DNA of 64,000 bases, taken from contig NIVC01001459.1 in the NCBI GenBank assembly GCA_002269645.1, positions 222,130 through 286,129 of the forward strand, written 5' to 3'. Below, piece by piece: positions 1 through 11,178 of this stretch. Both the position numbers and the translations under genes were made by a program. This stretch comes from Macrostomum lignano (Eukaryota). Positions within the stretch are counted from its first letter, which is position 1. Each line of letters opens with the position of its first letter. The notes under the pieces are model-generated. The model ran no database searches. It had not been told where the DNA came from and was given only the letters and a program-made list of their open reading frames with translations.

Positions 1-660
1 TTTTTCATAGCTGCCATGTAAGCGGTTTGCTGTGCTATAATATTCTGTGTTGTTCGCCATTATTCTGGCTGTCTGTCTGTCTGTGTTTTTTGCCACCTTA
101 TAGAATCCTGAGTCCTAATAGATCTGTTATTTAAAGTTCTAAATTTAGACTAGCATATTACGTATCTACTGTAGTAATGCCATGCTTGCTTTGCTTTAGA
201 ATGCGCATATTCAGATATTTAATTTTAGTTAGTGGTGCAAGCGATAAAGAGAGTTCTGTGCCCGCGTGTGCAATGTAAGGTAAACAAAAATATTCAAGTT
301 ACACTGGCCCGCTTGGAAAGTAGAAGTTGCTTAGCATAAGAAAAATGTATGTATATTATATATAATTTAGGCGTTTACCTAGTTAGATACATCTGCCTTA
401 TTGTAACAGTGACTTTTGTGCAGCTTTGCATTGCAAGGTTTTGGGCTTGAGGTAGCGGGTGGTTTTCTGTTTGCTGCCAAAGTGTTTTTCTTATGCAGTT
501 GCTAGGTTGTTCCTTTTTTCGTGATGTACAAGCAAGCGAACTTGCCTAAATTAGTTTATAGTTCAGTTTTTTAAAGAAGGTACATCTTGATATAAATTTA
601 AAAAGTTCCTTTTTTAAGATTTGCATTGGAATGCAATTTTAACTGAGAGAAAGTCTTGAC

Positions 661-1425
661 AGTGAGATTCTTAGACTGACCCGAAACTGCAGGGGTGAGA
701 TTCTTAGACTGACCTGAAAGTGCAGGGGTGAGATTCTTAGACTGAACCGAAACTGCAGGGGTGAGATTCTTAGACTGACCTGAAACTACAGGGGTGAGAT
801 TCTTAGACTGACCCGAAACTGCAGGGGTGAGATTCTTAGACTGACCTGAAAGTGCAGGGGTGAGATTCTTAGACTGACCCGAAACTGCAGGGGTGAGATT
901 CTTAGACTGACCTGAAAGTGCAGGGGTGAGATTCTTAGACTGAACCGAAACTGCAGGGGTGAGATTCTTAGACTGACCTGAAACTACAGGGGTGAGATTC
1001 TTAGACTGACCCGAAACTGCAGGGGTGAGATTCTTAGACTGACCCGAAACTGCAGGGGTGAGATTCTTAGATTGACCTGAAAGTGCAGGGGTGAGATTCT
1101 TAGACTGACCCGAAACTGCTGGGTGAGATTCTTACATTGATCCAAAACTGCAGGGGTGAGATTCTTAGATTGACCCGAAACTACAGGGGTGAGATTCTTA
1201 CATTGACCAGAAACTAGAGGGGTGAGATTCTTAGATTGACCCGAAACTACAGGGGTGAGATTGTTAGATTGACCCGAAACTACAGGGGTGAGATTCTTAG
1301 ATTGACCCGAAACTACAGGGGTGAGATTGTTAGATTGACCCGAAACTACAGGGGTGAGATTGTTAGATTGACCCGAAAGTGCAGGGGTAAGATTCTTAGA
1401 TTGACCCGAAACTACAGGGGTGAGA
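661..1425. repeat. Intronic minisatellite, 33-bp unit (GGGGTGAGATTCTTAGACTGACCCGAAACTGCA)
   Basis: Unit visible directly; it translates as an 11-aa periodic ORF (LTRNYRGEIVR). Boundaries approximate. Confidence 0.95.
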
Positions 1426-1488
1426 TGTGCTTAACACTTACAAGACCCATCTAAAATCCCTGGGAATTTTTAACGCATTCTCTACCAG

Positions 1489-1906
1489 ATCCGAGGACTC
1501 GCTGCCCCTATTGAACGGTTCCGCCGCGGCAGCTGCGGCAGCTCTGGGCGCCGCACCCGGCAACATGTCGGCCCTGTCGCCCTCTCTGCAGCGCTCCACC
1601 CTCGGTCCAAGCCAGCCTCAGCAGACTCCGCCAACGGCAAAGTCAAAATCCGGCAAATCTGGCAAACGGCACAAGGCCGCTGCAGTCGGCGAGACCAGCT
1701 TCGTTGTTAGCGGCGGCAGCGGCGCGCGCGCAGGTCGTCGACGTTCGTCCTCGGCGCTGCGCGTTGGCAAGAGTCAGTTCCATCGGCTGCAGCTGGCCGG
1801 AGCTACTGTTGAACCGGACGAGTCGCTCTTGAACGATTTGCACAATGGCATCAAGTGCATGCGGGTGTTCTTTAATAATCAGCGCGCTTGTCAGAGAACT
1901 TTTCAG
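1489..1906 (+). CDS. FMNL: Formin-like (FMNL-class) gene, first exon in window: GBD region with Ser/Ala/Lys-rich insert; the gene starts upstream of the window
   Basis: Acceptor ctaccAG|1489 and donor CAG|GTGAG at 1907. DLHNGIKCMRVFFNNQ resembles the FMNL D.H.CI.CLRA.MN motif. Phase 0 matches the next exon. Confidence 0.8.
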
Positions 1907-1919
1907 GTGAGACCATGCC

Positions 1920-2450
1920 TTTCTCTAGTCTCACCCTGCCGGTCTCTAGTCTCACCCTGCCGGTCTCTAGTCTCACCCTGCCGGTCTCTAGTCTCACCCT
2001 GCCGGTCTCTAGTCTCACCCTGCCGGTCTCTAGTCTCACCCTGCCGGTCTCTAGTCTCACCCTGCCGGTCTCTATTCTCACCCTGCCGGTCTCTAGTCTC
2101 ACCCTGCCGGTCTCTAGTCTCACCCTTCATGTCTCTAGTCTCACCCTGTCTGTCTCTAGGCTCACCATGTCCTTTTCTAGTCTCACCCTGTGTCTCTAGT
2201 CTCAACCTGAAAATTCTCTCTTTCTGTCTGTTGTCTCACCCCGTCAGTCTCTAGTCTCAACCTGTCTGTCTGAAATTTCTCCTGTCTGTCTGTTGTCTCA
2301 CCCTGTCTGTCTCTAGTCTCACCCTGTCTGTCTCTAGTCTAACCCTGTCTGTCTCTAGTCTAAACCTGTCTGTCTCGAATCTCATCCTGTCTGTCTCTAG
2401 TCTCATCCTGTCTGTCTGTTTTCTCACCCTTTCTGTCTCTAGTCTCACTC
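1920..2450. repeat. Intronic minisatellite, 21-bp unit (TCTCTAGTCTCACCCTGCCGG), degenerating rightwards
   Basis: Direct tandem periodicity; 7-aa periodic ORFs in several frames. Confidence 0.95.
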
Positions 2451-2609
2451 CGTATGTTTCTGCTCATCCTGTCTGTATCCACTTTCTCTCTCCCTGTCTC
2501 TACTCCCTCTTCCCTATCTCTCTACATGTCTAAAATACACGCTATATCTGTAGTCTCACCATGTGAGACTTGCCAACTTGCCATTCCCCCAAAACCTACC
2601 TACTTGCAG

Positions 2610-3085
2610 GACAAGACCGCCATAAACATAATTGCCCAATGCCTGTTGCATCCCCGTTTCGCCACGAAGACTCTGGTGCTGGAGCTGCTGGCAGCCCTGT
2701 GCATGCTAGACGGCATGCACCAGCAAGTTCTGGACGCTTTCGACTTCTTCAAAGAGCGAGTCGGCGAGAAACGCCGCTGGGAGACTTTGATGATGCACTT
2801 TAAGCAGCATGACAGCCTACCGGCTGAGCACTACTGCCTAGAGTTCATGATCAGCTGCGCCAGGTTCATCAATATTGTGCAGAATGTCAGCAATGAGCAC
2901 ATTGGACTTCGGGTCTTTTTACAATCGGAATTCTCCCAACTGGGTCTCGACAGCTTCCTGCACTCGTTGCGCGGTCACTACGAGGATGCGAGATTGAATA
3001 GTCAAATTGAAGCGATATTTGAGAATAGCATCGATGTTGCCGGCTTGTATCAGGACTCGCTGGCTAAGCAGAGCGCCGTTACTAG
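2610..3085 (+). CDS. FMNL: FMNL-class formin exon: GBD/FH3 (armadillo) region
   Basis: cttgcAG|GAC and AG|GTGAG boundaries. INIIAQCLLHPRFATKTLVLELLAALC...LDAFDFFK is the FMNL FH3 signature. Confidence 0.92.
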
Positions 3086-3094
3086 GTGAGTTTA

Positions 3095-3525
3095 GCGCCA
3101 ATTAAGCGCCACAATCTAGACTTTGGCGCCAATTAAGCACCACATTGTCTAGACTTTGGCGCCAATTAAGCGACACAATCTAGACTTTGGCGACAATCAA
3201 GCGCCACAATCTAGACTTCAGCGAAAATCAAGCGCCACAATCTAGACTTCAGCGAAAATCAAGCGCCACAATCTAGACTTTGGCGACAATCAAGCGCCAC
3301 AATCTAGACTTTGGCGACAATCAAACGCCACAATCTAGACTTCAGCGAAAATCAAGCGACACAATCTAGACTTTGGCGACAATCAAGCGCCACAATCTAG
3401 ACTTCAGCGAAAATCAAGCGCCACAATCTAGACTTCAGCGAAAATCAAGCGCCACAATCTAGACTTCAGCGAAAATCAAGCGCCACAATCTAGACTAAAG
3501 TGCCACAATCTAGACTTTAACGCCA
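3095..3525. repeat. Intronic minisatellite, 31-bp unit (TAGACTTCAGCGAAAATCAAGCGCCACAATC)
   Basis: TAGAC recurs at 3181, 3212 and 3243; the array begins a few bp after the donor. Confidence 0.93.
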
Positions 3526-3598
3526 ATTATAAGCAATATGACAAAAATCACAGCAGGGATTTAACTAATTCCAATATCCCCTATTCCTCACCCCGCAG

Positions 3599-4238
3599 AG
3601 CCGCTGCCCTGGAGGAGCAACTCTACCAAACTCAGTCCCGACTCCGTGAAGCCGAAGACACCGCCGCGGAACGCCTGGCGGAGCTGCGCGAACGCTTGAC
3701 CAGCCGGGAGGCGGATTGCGCAACCCTTCGAGCTGATAAAGAGGCCGCACTCGAGGAGATGCAGAACAGCCTCAGCGCCGCGAGCAAGCACGCGGACGAG
3801 AAACAGCACCGACTGGCTCAGCGACTCGCAGATTTGGAGACAAAACTTCGCCAAGCCGAATCTGCCGTCGCCGCCGCGAAAGAGCGGGAGCAGAAACTGC
3901 TGCAACAATTGCAGCAGCAGCAGCAGCAACAACCGACTGAGACGCCTGGAGTTCCCGCCGCTAAGATTCCCGGCGTTAATTCTCCGGCTCCCGCTGCTGC
4001 AGCGCCACCTCCTCCGCCTCCGCCGCCACCACCACCGCCGCCGCCACCGCCTGGAGGTCCGGGCGGTCCGCCGCCTCCGCCCCCTCCGCCGCCTCCGCCA
4101 GGCGTCCCAGGCGGAGCCGGGCGTTTAGCGGTGAAATCTCCGCTGGTGCCGAAGAATCGTTTGCCAATGTTGAATTGGACAGCAATACCTGCCAATGTGT
4201 GCCGGGGCACCGTGTTTATGGATATGAATGACGATCAG
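3599..4238 (+). CDS. FMNL: FMNL-class formin exon: coiled coil, poly-Gln, FH1 poly-proline and FH2 start
   Basis: ccgcAG|A completes the phase-2 codon. Poly-Pro tracts; LPMLNWTAIPANVCRGTVF is the FH2 lasso motif. Donor CAG|GT at 4239. Confidence 0.92.
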
Positions 4239-4299
4239 GTTGGTTGCTTTAGTTGCTTTTGCACTTTTTATAGCGTATAATATGTATATTGTAATCCCT

Positions 4300-5405
4300 T
4301 CATATCCAAACTAAGCTCCCTTCACAAACCCCTAGTTAAGCCACACTTCACTAAGCCCTGATTAAGTTCCTCCACAAAACCCTAATTAAGCCCCTTTCAT
4401 AAAACAAGTTAAGCTCCTTTCATAATACCCCTAATTAAGCTCCCTTCACAAACCCCCTAATTAAGCTTCCTTCACAAAACCCTAATTAAGCTCCCTTCAC
4501 AACCCCTAATTAAGCTTCCTTCACAATATCCCTAATTAAGCTCCCTTCACAATATCCCTAATTAAGCTCCCTTCATAAAGCCCCTAATTAAGCTCCCTTC
4601 ACAAAACCCCTAATTAAGCTCCCTTCACAATATCCCTAATTAAGCTCCTTTTATAAAGCCCCTAATTAAGCTCCCTTCACAATATCCCTAATTAAGCTCC
4701 TTTCACAAAACCCCTAATTAAGCTCCCTTCACAAAACCCCTAATTAAGCTCCCTTCACAACCCCTAATTAAGCTTCCTTCACAATATCCCTAATTAAGCT
4801 CCCTTCACAACCCCTAATTAAGCTTCCTTCACAATATCCCTAATTAAGCTCCCTTCACAAAACCCCTAATTAAGCTCCCTTCACAAAACCCCTAATTAAG
4901 CTCCCTTCACAAAACCCCTAATTAAGCTCCCTTCACAATATCCCTAATTAAGCTCCCTTCACAAAACCCCTACTTAAGCTCCCTTCACAAAACCCCTAAT
5001 TAAGCTCCCTTCACAATATCCCTAATTAAGCTCCCTTCACAAAACCCCTACTTAAGCTCCCTTCACAAAACCCCTACTTAAGCTCCCTTCACAACCCCTA
5101 ATTAAGCTCCCTTCACAAAACCCCTAATTAAGCTCCCTTCACAAAACCCCTACTTAAGCTCCCTTCACAAAACCCCTAATTAAGCTCCCTTCACAATATC
5201 CCTAATTAAGCTCCCTTCACAAAACCCCTACTTAAGCTCCCTTCACAAAACCCCTACTTAAGCTCCCTTCACAACCCCTAATTAAGCTCCCTTCACAAAA
5301 CCCCTAATTAAGCTCCCTTCACAAAACCCCTAATTAAGCTCCCTTCACAAAACCCCTAATTAAGCTCCCTTCACAAAACCCCTACTTAAGCTCCCTTCAC
5401 AAAGC
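4300..5405. repeat. Intronic minisatellite, ~26-bp unit (AAGCTCCCTTCACAAAACCCCTAATT)
   Basis: AAGCT recurs at 5284, 5310 and 5336; shorter variant units are present. Confidence 0.95.
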
Positions 5406-5444
5406 CTTCAAAGCGCCGAGTCCCCCATGGCCTCCCCTCTGCAG

Positions 5445-5840
5445 GCTCGCAGCCGCATCGACCTGGACGATCTGGAAGACAAATTCAAGCTAGCCGGCGG
5501 CGGTGGCACCGCATTCGGCGGCAAAGGCGACGCATCGGACGGCGAATCGATGACTGCATCGTCGACGCGTCTTGCCGCCGCAGTTAAAAAATTGGAACGA
5601 CCGACACTGCTGAGTCACGACAGGTTCCGCAATCTGGCGGTAACCAAGCACAAAGTTGACTCGTTGGGACTGTCCTATGATCAGCTGGCTCTGGCTATTA
5701 AGCGATTGGATTCGGACAAGATTAACGCTGATATGGCTGAGATACTGCTGCGGCAGGGGCTGCCCTCGGATGAAGAGGTGCAGGCTTACAGAAGGCACCA
5801 GTTTGATGAGGGCAATCGGGTGGAGGATCTGAGCGAACAG
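5445..5840 (+). CDS. FMNL: FMNL-class formin exon: FH2
   Basis: ctgcAG|GCT and CAG|GTGAG boundaries, phase 0/0. LLSHDRFRNLAV...LPSDEE are FH2 motifs. Confidence 0.92.
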
Positions 5841-5929
5841 GTGAGGATGAAGCAGAGATGCCTTTTTCGTGATTCTTCTCTACACTGCTTTTTGGGAAAT
5901 TCTAATTACTAAATAAGTTCAGGATTTAT

Positions 5930-6560
5930 GAGATTTTATTACGTAGTTGCTAAATTAGGGATTTGGGAGATTTTAGTCACTAAATTGAAGATTTAGGAGC
6001 TTTTAGTTATTAAATTGAGGATTGGGAGAGTTTAGTTACTCCGCCTCCTCGCTGCATCCGCCGGACGCCCCTGCAGCTAAGTCAAGTAAGTCAAGAGTTT
6101 AGTTACTAAATCGAGGATTGGGAGAGTTTAGTTACTAAATAGAGGATTTAGAAAAGTTTAGCTACTAAATTTAGGATTTAGGAGAGTTTAGTTACTAAAT
6201 TTAGGATTTAGGAGAGTTTAGTTACTAAATTTAGGATTTAGGAGAGTTTAGTTACTAAATTTAGGATTTAGGAGAGTTTAGTTACTAAATTTAGGATTTA
6301 GGAGAGTTTAGTTACTAAATTGAGGATTTAGGAGAGTTTAGTTACTAAATTGAGGATTTAGGAGAGTTTAGTTACTAAATTGGGGAATTGGGAGATTTTG
6401 GTTGCTAAGCTGGGTATTTGGGAGATTTTAGTTGCTAAGCTGGGGACTTGGGAGATTCTAGTTTCTAAGTTAAGGATTTGGCATATTTTAGTTACCAAGT
6501 TAAGAATTGAGGAGATTTTAGTCACTAAATAGAGAATTTACTGGAAGCTTGCAGTTATTA
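5930..6560. repeat. Intronic minisatellite, 30-bp unit (GGAGAGTTTAGTTACTAAATTTAGGATTTA)
   Basis: Perfect 30-bp periodicity over about 6181-6380, with degenerate flanks. Confidence 0.93.
6041..6095 (+). mobile_element. 55-bp extreme 5'-truncated non-LTR retrotransposon 3' end with CTAAGTCAAGTAAGTCAAG tail
   Basis: 12-bp direct repeat AGTTTAGTTACT at 6029-6040 and 6096-6107. The tail is identical to the one ending at 31407; the body is similar to 61710-61775. Confidence 0.8.
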
Positions 6561-6689
6561 AATCGAGAACTTTTAGGGAGATTTTCCATGATGTCTGAAA
6601 ACTGTTTTTACCTATTAATTAAGTGATTTAGACTTTATTTCATTTTCAGTAAGGTTAGCATTTTCAATCTTCAATTTTCAATCTATCAG

Positions 6690-7130
6690 GACCAACTCTT
6701 GGCTCGGCTGTGCCGGGTCCCCCGTCTGGAGCGGCGACTCAAAGCTCTACAATTTATTGGCCAGTTTGCTGAGAACCTGGCAGCGGTTGAGCCGCCACTG
6801 CTCACCATCATTGCGGCCTGCTCGTCACTGGAGAAAGCTAACAAGTTCAAGAAAGTTCTGGAGATCATTCTGGCTATAGGGAACTACTTTAATAGTCACC
6901 GGAGAGGCACAGCTTACGGCTTCCGTTTAGCCAGTTTAACAACTCTTCAGGATGTTAAATCTGCTGACAAGCGATGGACAATGCTGCAGTACATTGTGAA
7001 CCTGATTGATACTAAAATGCCTGAGTTGAGCGATTTTGATGTGGAATTGAAGCACTGCGAGAAGGCTGCCACAGTGAATCTGGATAATGTGAAAGCTGAT
7101 GGGAATCTGCTGCTGGCTGGGTTCCAACAG
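6690..7130 (+). CDS. FMNL: FMNL-class formin exon: FH2 core
   Basis: LEIILAIGNYFNS...AYGFRLASL...DVKSADK..TMLQYI is the canonical FH2 GN(Y/F)xN and GF motif region. Phase 0/0 GT-AG boundaries. Confidence 0.95.
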
Positions 7131-7239
7131 GTGAGAATGCCTTTGTTTAGATTTATGAGGTATCTGAGTTTATTAATATTCGCATTCAGAATAGATCTAG
7201 TCCTATCGGGACTAGGGTATAAAAATGTATCTATTCTAT

Positions 7240-8175
7240 CGACTGAGGTTTCAGAATAGATCTAGGTCTATGGAGACTGAGGTTTGAGAATAGATCTCGG
7301 TCTATAAAGACTGAGGTTTGAGAATAGATCTGTGTCTATAGAGACTAGGTTGAAGAATAGATCTAGGTCTATAGAGACTGAGGTTTGAGAATAGATCTCA
7401 GTCAATAGACTGAGATTTGAGAATAGACCTCGGTCTATAGAGACTGAAAGTTTGAGAGTAGATCTCGTCTATTCTCTTAAGACTGATGTTTGAGAATAGA
7501 CCTCGGTCTATAGAGACTGAGGTTTGAGAATAGATCTCGGTCTATAGAGACTGAGGTTTGAGAATAGATCTCAGTCAATAGACTGAGATTTGAGTATAGA
7601 CCTCGGTCTATAGAGACTGAAAGTTTGAGAATAGACCTCGGTCTATAGAGACTGAGGTTTGAGAATAGATCTCGGTCTATAGAGACTGAGGTTTGAGAAT
7701 AGATCTCGGTCTATAGAGACTGAGGTTTGAGAATAGATCTCAGTCAATAGACTGAGATTTGAGTATAGACCTCGGTCTATAGAGACTGAAAGTTTGAGAA
7801 TAGACCTCGGTCTATAGAGACTGAGGTTTGAGAATAGATCTCGGTCTATAGAGACTGAGGTTTGAGAATAAATCTCAGTCAATAGACTGAGATTTGAGTA
7901 TAGACCTCGGTCTATAGAGACTGAAAATTTGAGAATAGATCTCAGTCAATAGACTGAGATTTGAGAATAGACCTCCGTCTATAGAGACTGAAAGTTTGAG
8001 AGTAGATCTCGTCTATTCTCTTAAGACTGATCTTTGAGAATAGATCTCGGTCTATAGAGACTGAGGTTTGAGAATCGACCTATTTTATAGAGATTGAGGT
8101 TTAAAAATAGATCTATTTTATACACAGAAGTTAAAAAATTTTGTGTCTATAGAGACTGAGGTTTGAGAATAGATT
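7240..8175. repeat. Intronic minisatellite, ~34-bp unit (GAGACTGAGGTTTGAGAATAGATCTCGGTCTATA) with variant units
   Basis: Direct tandem periodicity, with recurring order of variants. Confidence 0.93.
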
Positions 8176-8283
8176 TCAAATACTGTGTAAAATCTATTGC
8201 CAGCAAATAGAGACCACAGCTGAACATCTCATATCTAGACCTGTCAGATACTGAGAATCGATCCGCCAATACTCAATCTTCAG

Positions 8284-8583
8284 CTTCGCGCCTTAGCCGA
8301 TGAAGAAGCCGCATCAAACGAGGAAGACTCTCCAGATTTGCAACGCCTGACCCAGTTCATTCGGTCCAACCAGTCCAGAATGGACAAGATGAAAACCGAT
8401 TTGAAAACAGCGGAGGACTGCTTCAATCTGGCTCGCACCCGATTCGGCGAGGGCATGCAGCAGGTCAGCACCGATGCCTTCTTTGGCGTGCTGAGCCGCT
8501 TCCAGACTGAGGCTCGTCGGGCCAGACATGAGCTGAAGAAGAGGCGAGAGGCTGAGGCCGCTGCTGAGGAGAAATCTGCCAAG
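8284..8583 (+). CDS. FMNL: FMNL-class formin exon: FH2 C-terminal helices
   Basis: cttcAG|CTT and AAG|GTAGG boundaries; 300 nt in frame; STDAFFGVLSRFQ resembles the FH2 terminal ..FF..F..F motif. Confidence 0.9.
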
Positions 8584-8629
8584 GTAGGCTTATCTAATTT
8601 GTTCATTTAGCTATTTTTATAGTCTAGCT

Positions 8630-9300
8630 GGAGTTTGGGGGAATTTCTCGAGTGTGGGGTATTTTTCCAATTAGGGTTATTATTATTTGTAAAAGTTGGG
8701 TATTTTGTCCGGGAGGGGAATTTCGGAAGTGGGAGTATTTTTCTCCGGAAGGGGAATTCCCGGAGTGAGGGTATTTTGTCCGAGTGAGAGAATTCTCGAA
8801 CTGGGGGTATTTTATTTTGGAGGGAATTTTCGGAGCCGGAGTATTTCTTCCGGTAGAGAGAAACTCTCGGCGGGGTATTTTAGGGAGAGAGGAATTCTCG
8901 GAGTGGGGAGTATTTTTTCGGGAGGGGGAATTCTCTGAGTGGAGGGGTATTTTATCCGGGAGAGAATTCTCGGAGTGGGAGTATTTTTTTTTTGCAGTAG
9001 AGGGAAATTCCCGGAGTGGGGGTATTTTTTCGGAAGGGGGAATTCTCTAAGTGGAGGGTATTTTTTCCGGGAGAGAATTCTTGGAGTGGGAGTATGTTTT
9101 CGGGTGAGAGGAATTCTTGGAGTGGAGGGGTATTTTTCGGGGTGGGAATTCTCTGAGTAGGGTATTTCGTCCAGAAGTGGAATTCTCGGACTAGGGGGTA
9201 TTTTGTCCGGGAGAGGGGAATTCTTGGAGTGTGGGGTGTTTTTTCCGAGGGAAGAATTTCCAGTTTAACGGGATTCCCAATGTGAGGGGGTATTTTGTCA
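8630..9300. repeat. Degenerate intronic minisatellite (~GGGAGAGGAATTCTCGGAGTGGGGGTATTTTTTC)
   Basis: Recurring GAATTCTC / GGAGTGGG / GTATTTT blocks. Confidence 0.8.
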
Positions 9301-9420
9301 GCCAGGGGGGCAATGTGGAATTTTCTGAAAGTAGCAGCCACCCACTTTGAATAGATTATACTTAGTGAAATTGTATCAATTTAAGAAAGGCATATTATTA
9401 TTTTTGCCAACTATTTTCAG

Positions 9421-9453
9421 CAGGGTGACACATTTGATCGGGCAGATATTCAG
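9421..9453 (+). CDS. FMNL: Candidate 33-nt micro-exon of the formin (QGDTFDRADIQ)
   Basis: T-rich acceptor ctattttcAG|CAG and donor CAG|GTAAAA; phase 0/0; open in frame. Confidence 0.55.
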
Positions 9454-9789
9454 GTAAAAAAATAAATCTTATCTTTATCTATGCTGAAATTATTTAGCGG
9501 CTTCTCTGTCTATCTAAGCTGCCAGTACCGGATCATTGTGGTTATTAATTTTATATATAAGGCACTCATTAAGTATGCAGCTACCTTTATAAATTTAATT
9601 GGATTGTTTTAATAGCGCCTCTACGTGGCTTTGTGTGTTGCGCAACACAATAATATTTGATTAACTGTCTGTCTGTCTGTCTTCACTCCACTTAAAACCT
9701 TGCAGCTGTTGCATTATATAATATAATAACTTGGGGCTTCTCATGCTCTTATGGAAGTTTGAGTTCAGTGCTCCAGATTTTAGGGTCTA

Positions 9790-10565
9790 TCCAATCCAGA
9801 TTCTAGATCTAGAGAACTCCACGGCTCTTCTCTGTCAGCAGTTTCCATCCAATCCAGATTCTAGATCTAGAGAACTCCACGGCTCTTCTGTGTCAGCAGT
9901 TTCCATCCAATCCAGATTCTAGATCTAGAGAACTCCACGGCTCTTCTGTGTCAGCAGTTTCCATTCAATCCAGATTCTAGATCTAGAGAACTCCACGGCT
10001 CTTCTGTGTCAGCAGTTTCCATCCAATCCAGATTCTAGATCTAGAGAACTCCACGGCTCTTCTGTGTCAGCAGTTTCCATCCAATCCAGATTCTAGATCT
10101 AGAGAACTCCACGGCTCTTCTGTGTCAGCAGTTTCCATCCAATCCAGATTCTAGATCTAGAGAACTCCACGGCTCTTCTGTGTCAGCAGTTTCCATCCAA
10201 TCCAGATTCTAGATCTAGAGAACTCCACGGCTCTTCTGTGTCAGCAGTTTCCATTCAATCCAGATTCTAGATCTAGAGAACTCCACGGCTCTTCTGTGTC
10301 AGCAGTTTCCATCCAATCCAGATTCTAGATCTAGAGAACTCCACGGCTCTTCTGTGTCAGCAGTTTCCATTCAATCCAGATTCTAGATCTAGAGAACTCC
10401 ACGGCTCTTCTGTGTCAGCAGTTTCCATCCAATCCAGATTCTAGATCTAGAGAACTCCACGGCTCATCTGTGTCAGCAGTTTCCATCCAATCCAGATTCT
10501 AGATCTAGAGAACTCCACGGCTCTTCTGTGTCAGCAGTTTCCATCCAATCCAGATTCTAGGTCTA
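9790..10565. repeat. Highly homogeneous intronic minisatellite, 58-bp unit containing TCTAGATCTAGA
   Basis: CCAATCCAGA recurs at 9791, 9849 and 9907. Confidence 0.96.
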
Positions 10566-10959
10566 GAAAACTTAGAGTATTAAAGTTATTAATATAATAT
10601 ACGTCGTAGAGATAATCCCATGAATGACTCAGCCTTGTGCTACGGTCAGACATTGGGAATTTGAAGTGGTGTGAAGAAGTCAGTGCGCGTGCCTTAGTGG
10701 TTTCCATTTAAATTACAATGGCTGTGCTATTCATAATTTCTAGCTTGTTGATATTTCTAGGGGCCAAGTCCGTCTGTCTGTCTTGTGCCCATAAAATCTC
10801 TTGATTCTGCCAACTTCTATGCTGTGTTTTAATATTGGTTTCTTAGTCAGCTTTCCGCTACTGGGCAGACGGTTCAGCGAATTATTTATTGTTATTAGCA
10901 ATCAGTTCCTCTTCTCGGTTTCTGCACCATGCCATGCTTCTTGTATCTTCTCTCCTTTC

Positions 10960-11178
10960 TCCTCTATCCTCCCCTTTCCTCTCCTCTCCTCTCTTCTTTC
11001 TCCTTTCCTCTCCTCTCTTCTCTCTCCTTTCCTTTCCTCTCCCTTCTTCCCCCCTTCTCTCCTCTCCTCTCCTCTGCTCTTCTCTCCTCTCCTCCCGTCT
11101 CATCTCCTCTCGTCTCGTCTCCTCTTCTCTCCTCTCCTCTCCTCTCCTCTCCTCTCCTCTCCTCTCCTCTCCTCTCTT
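10960..11178. repeat. Polypyrimidine (CTCCT)n-type tract
   Basis: Direct observation. Confidence 0.9.

Noticed and set aside
1236-2448. Periodic ORFs (LTRNYRGEIVR, SLVSPCR, RLETGRV and similar)
   Set aside because: Translations of minisatellites whose unit lengths are multiples of three; they lie inside formin introns.
3588-4210. Antisense ORFs over formin, FUT and NHL exons
   Set aside because: Shadow ORFs expected opposite GC-rich coding sequence.
10600-10720. Additional formin exon
   Set aside because: The candidate acceptor gives stops in the compatible frames.
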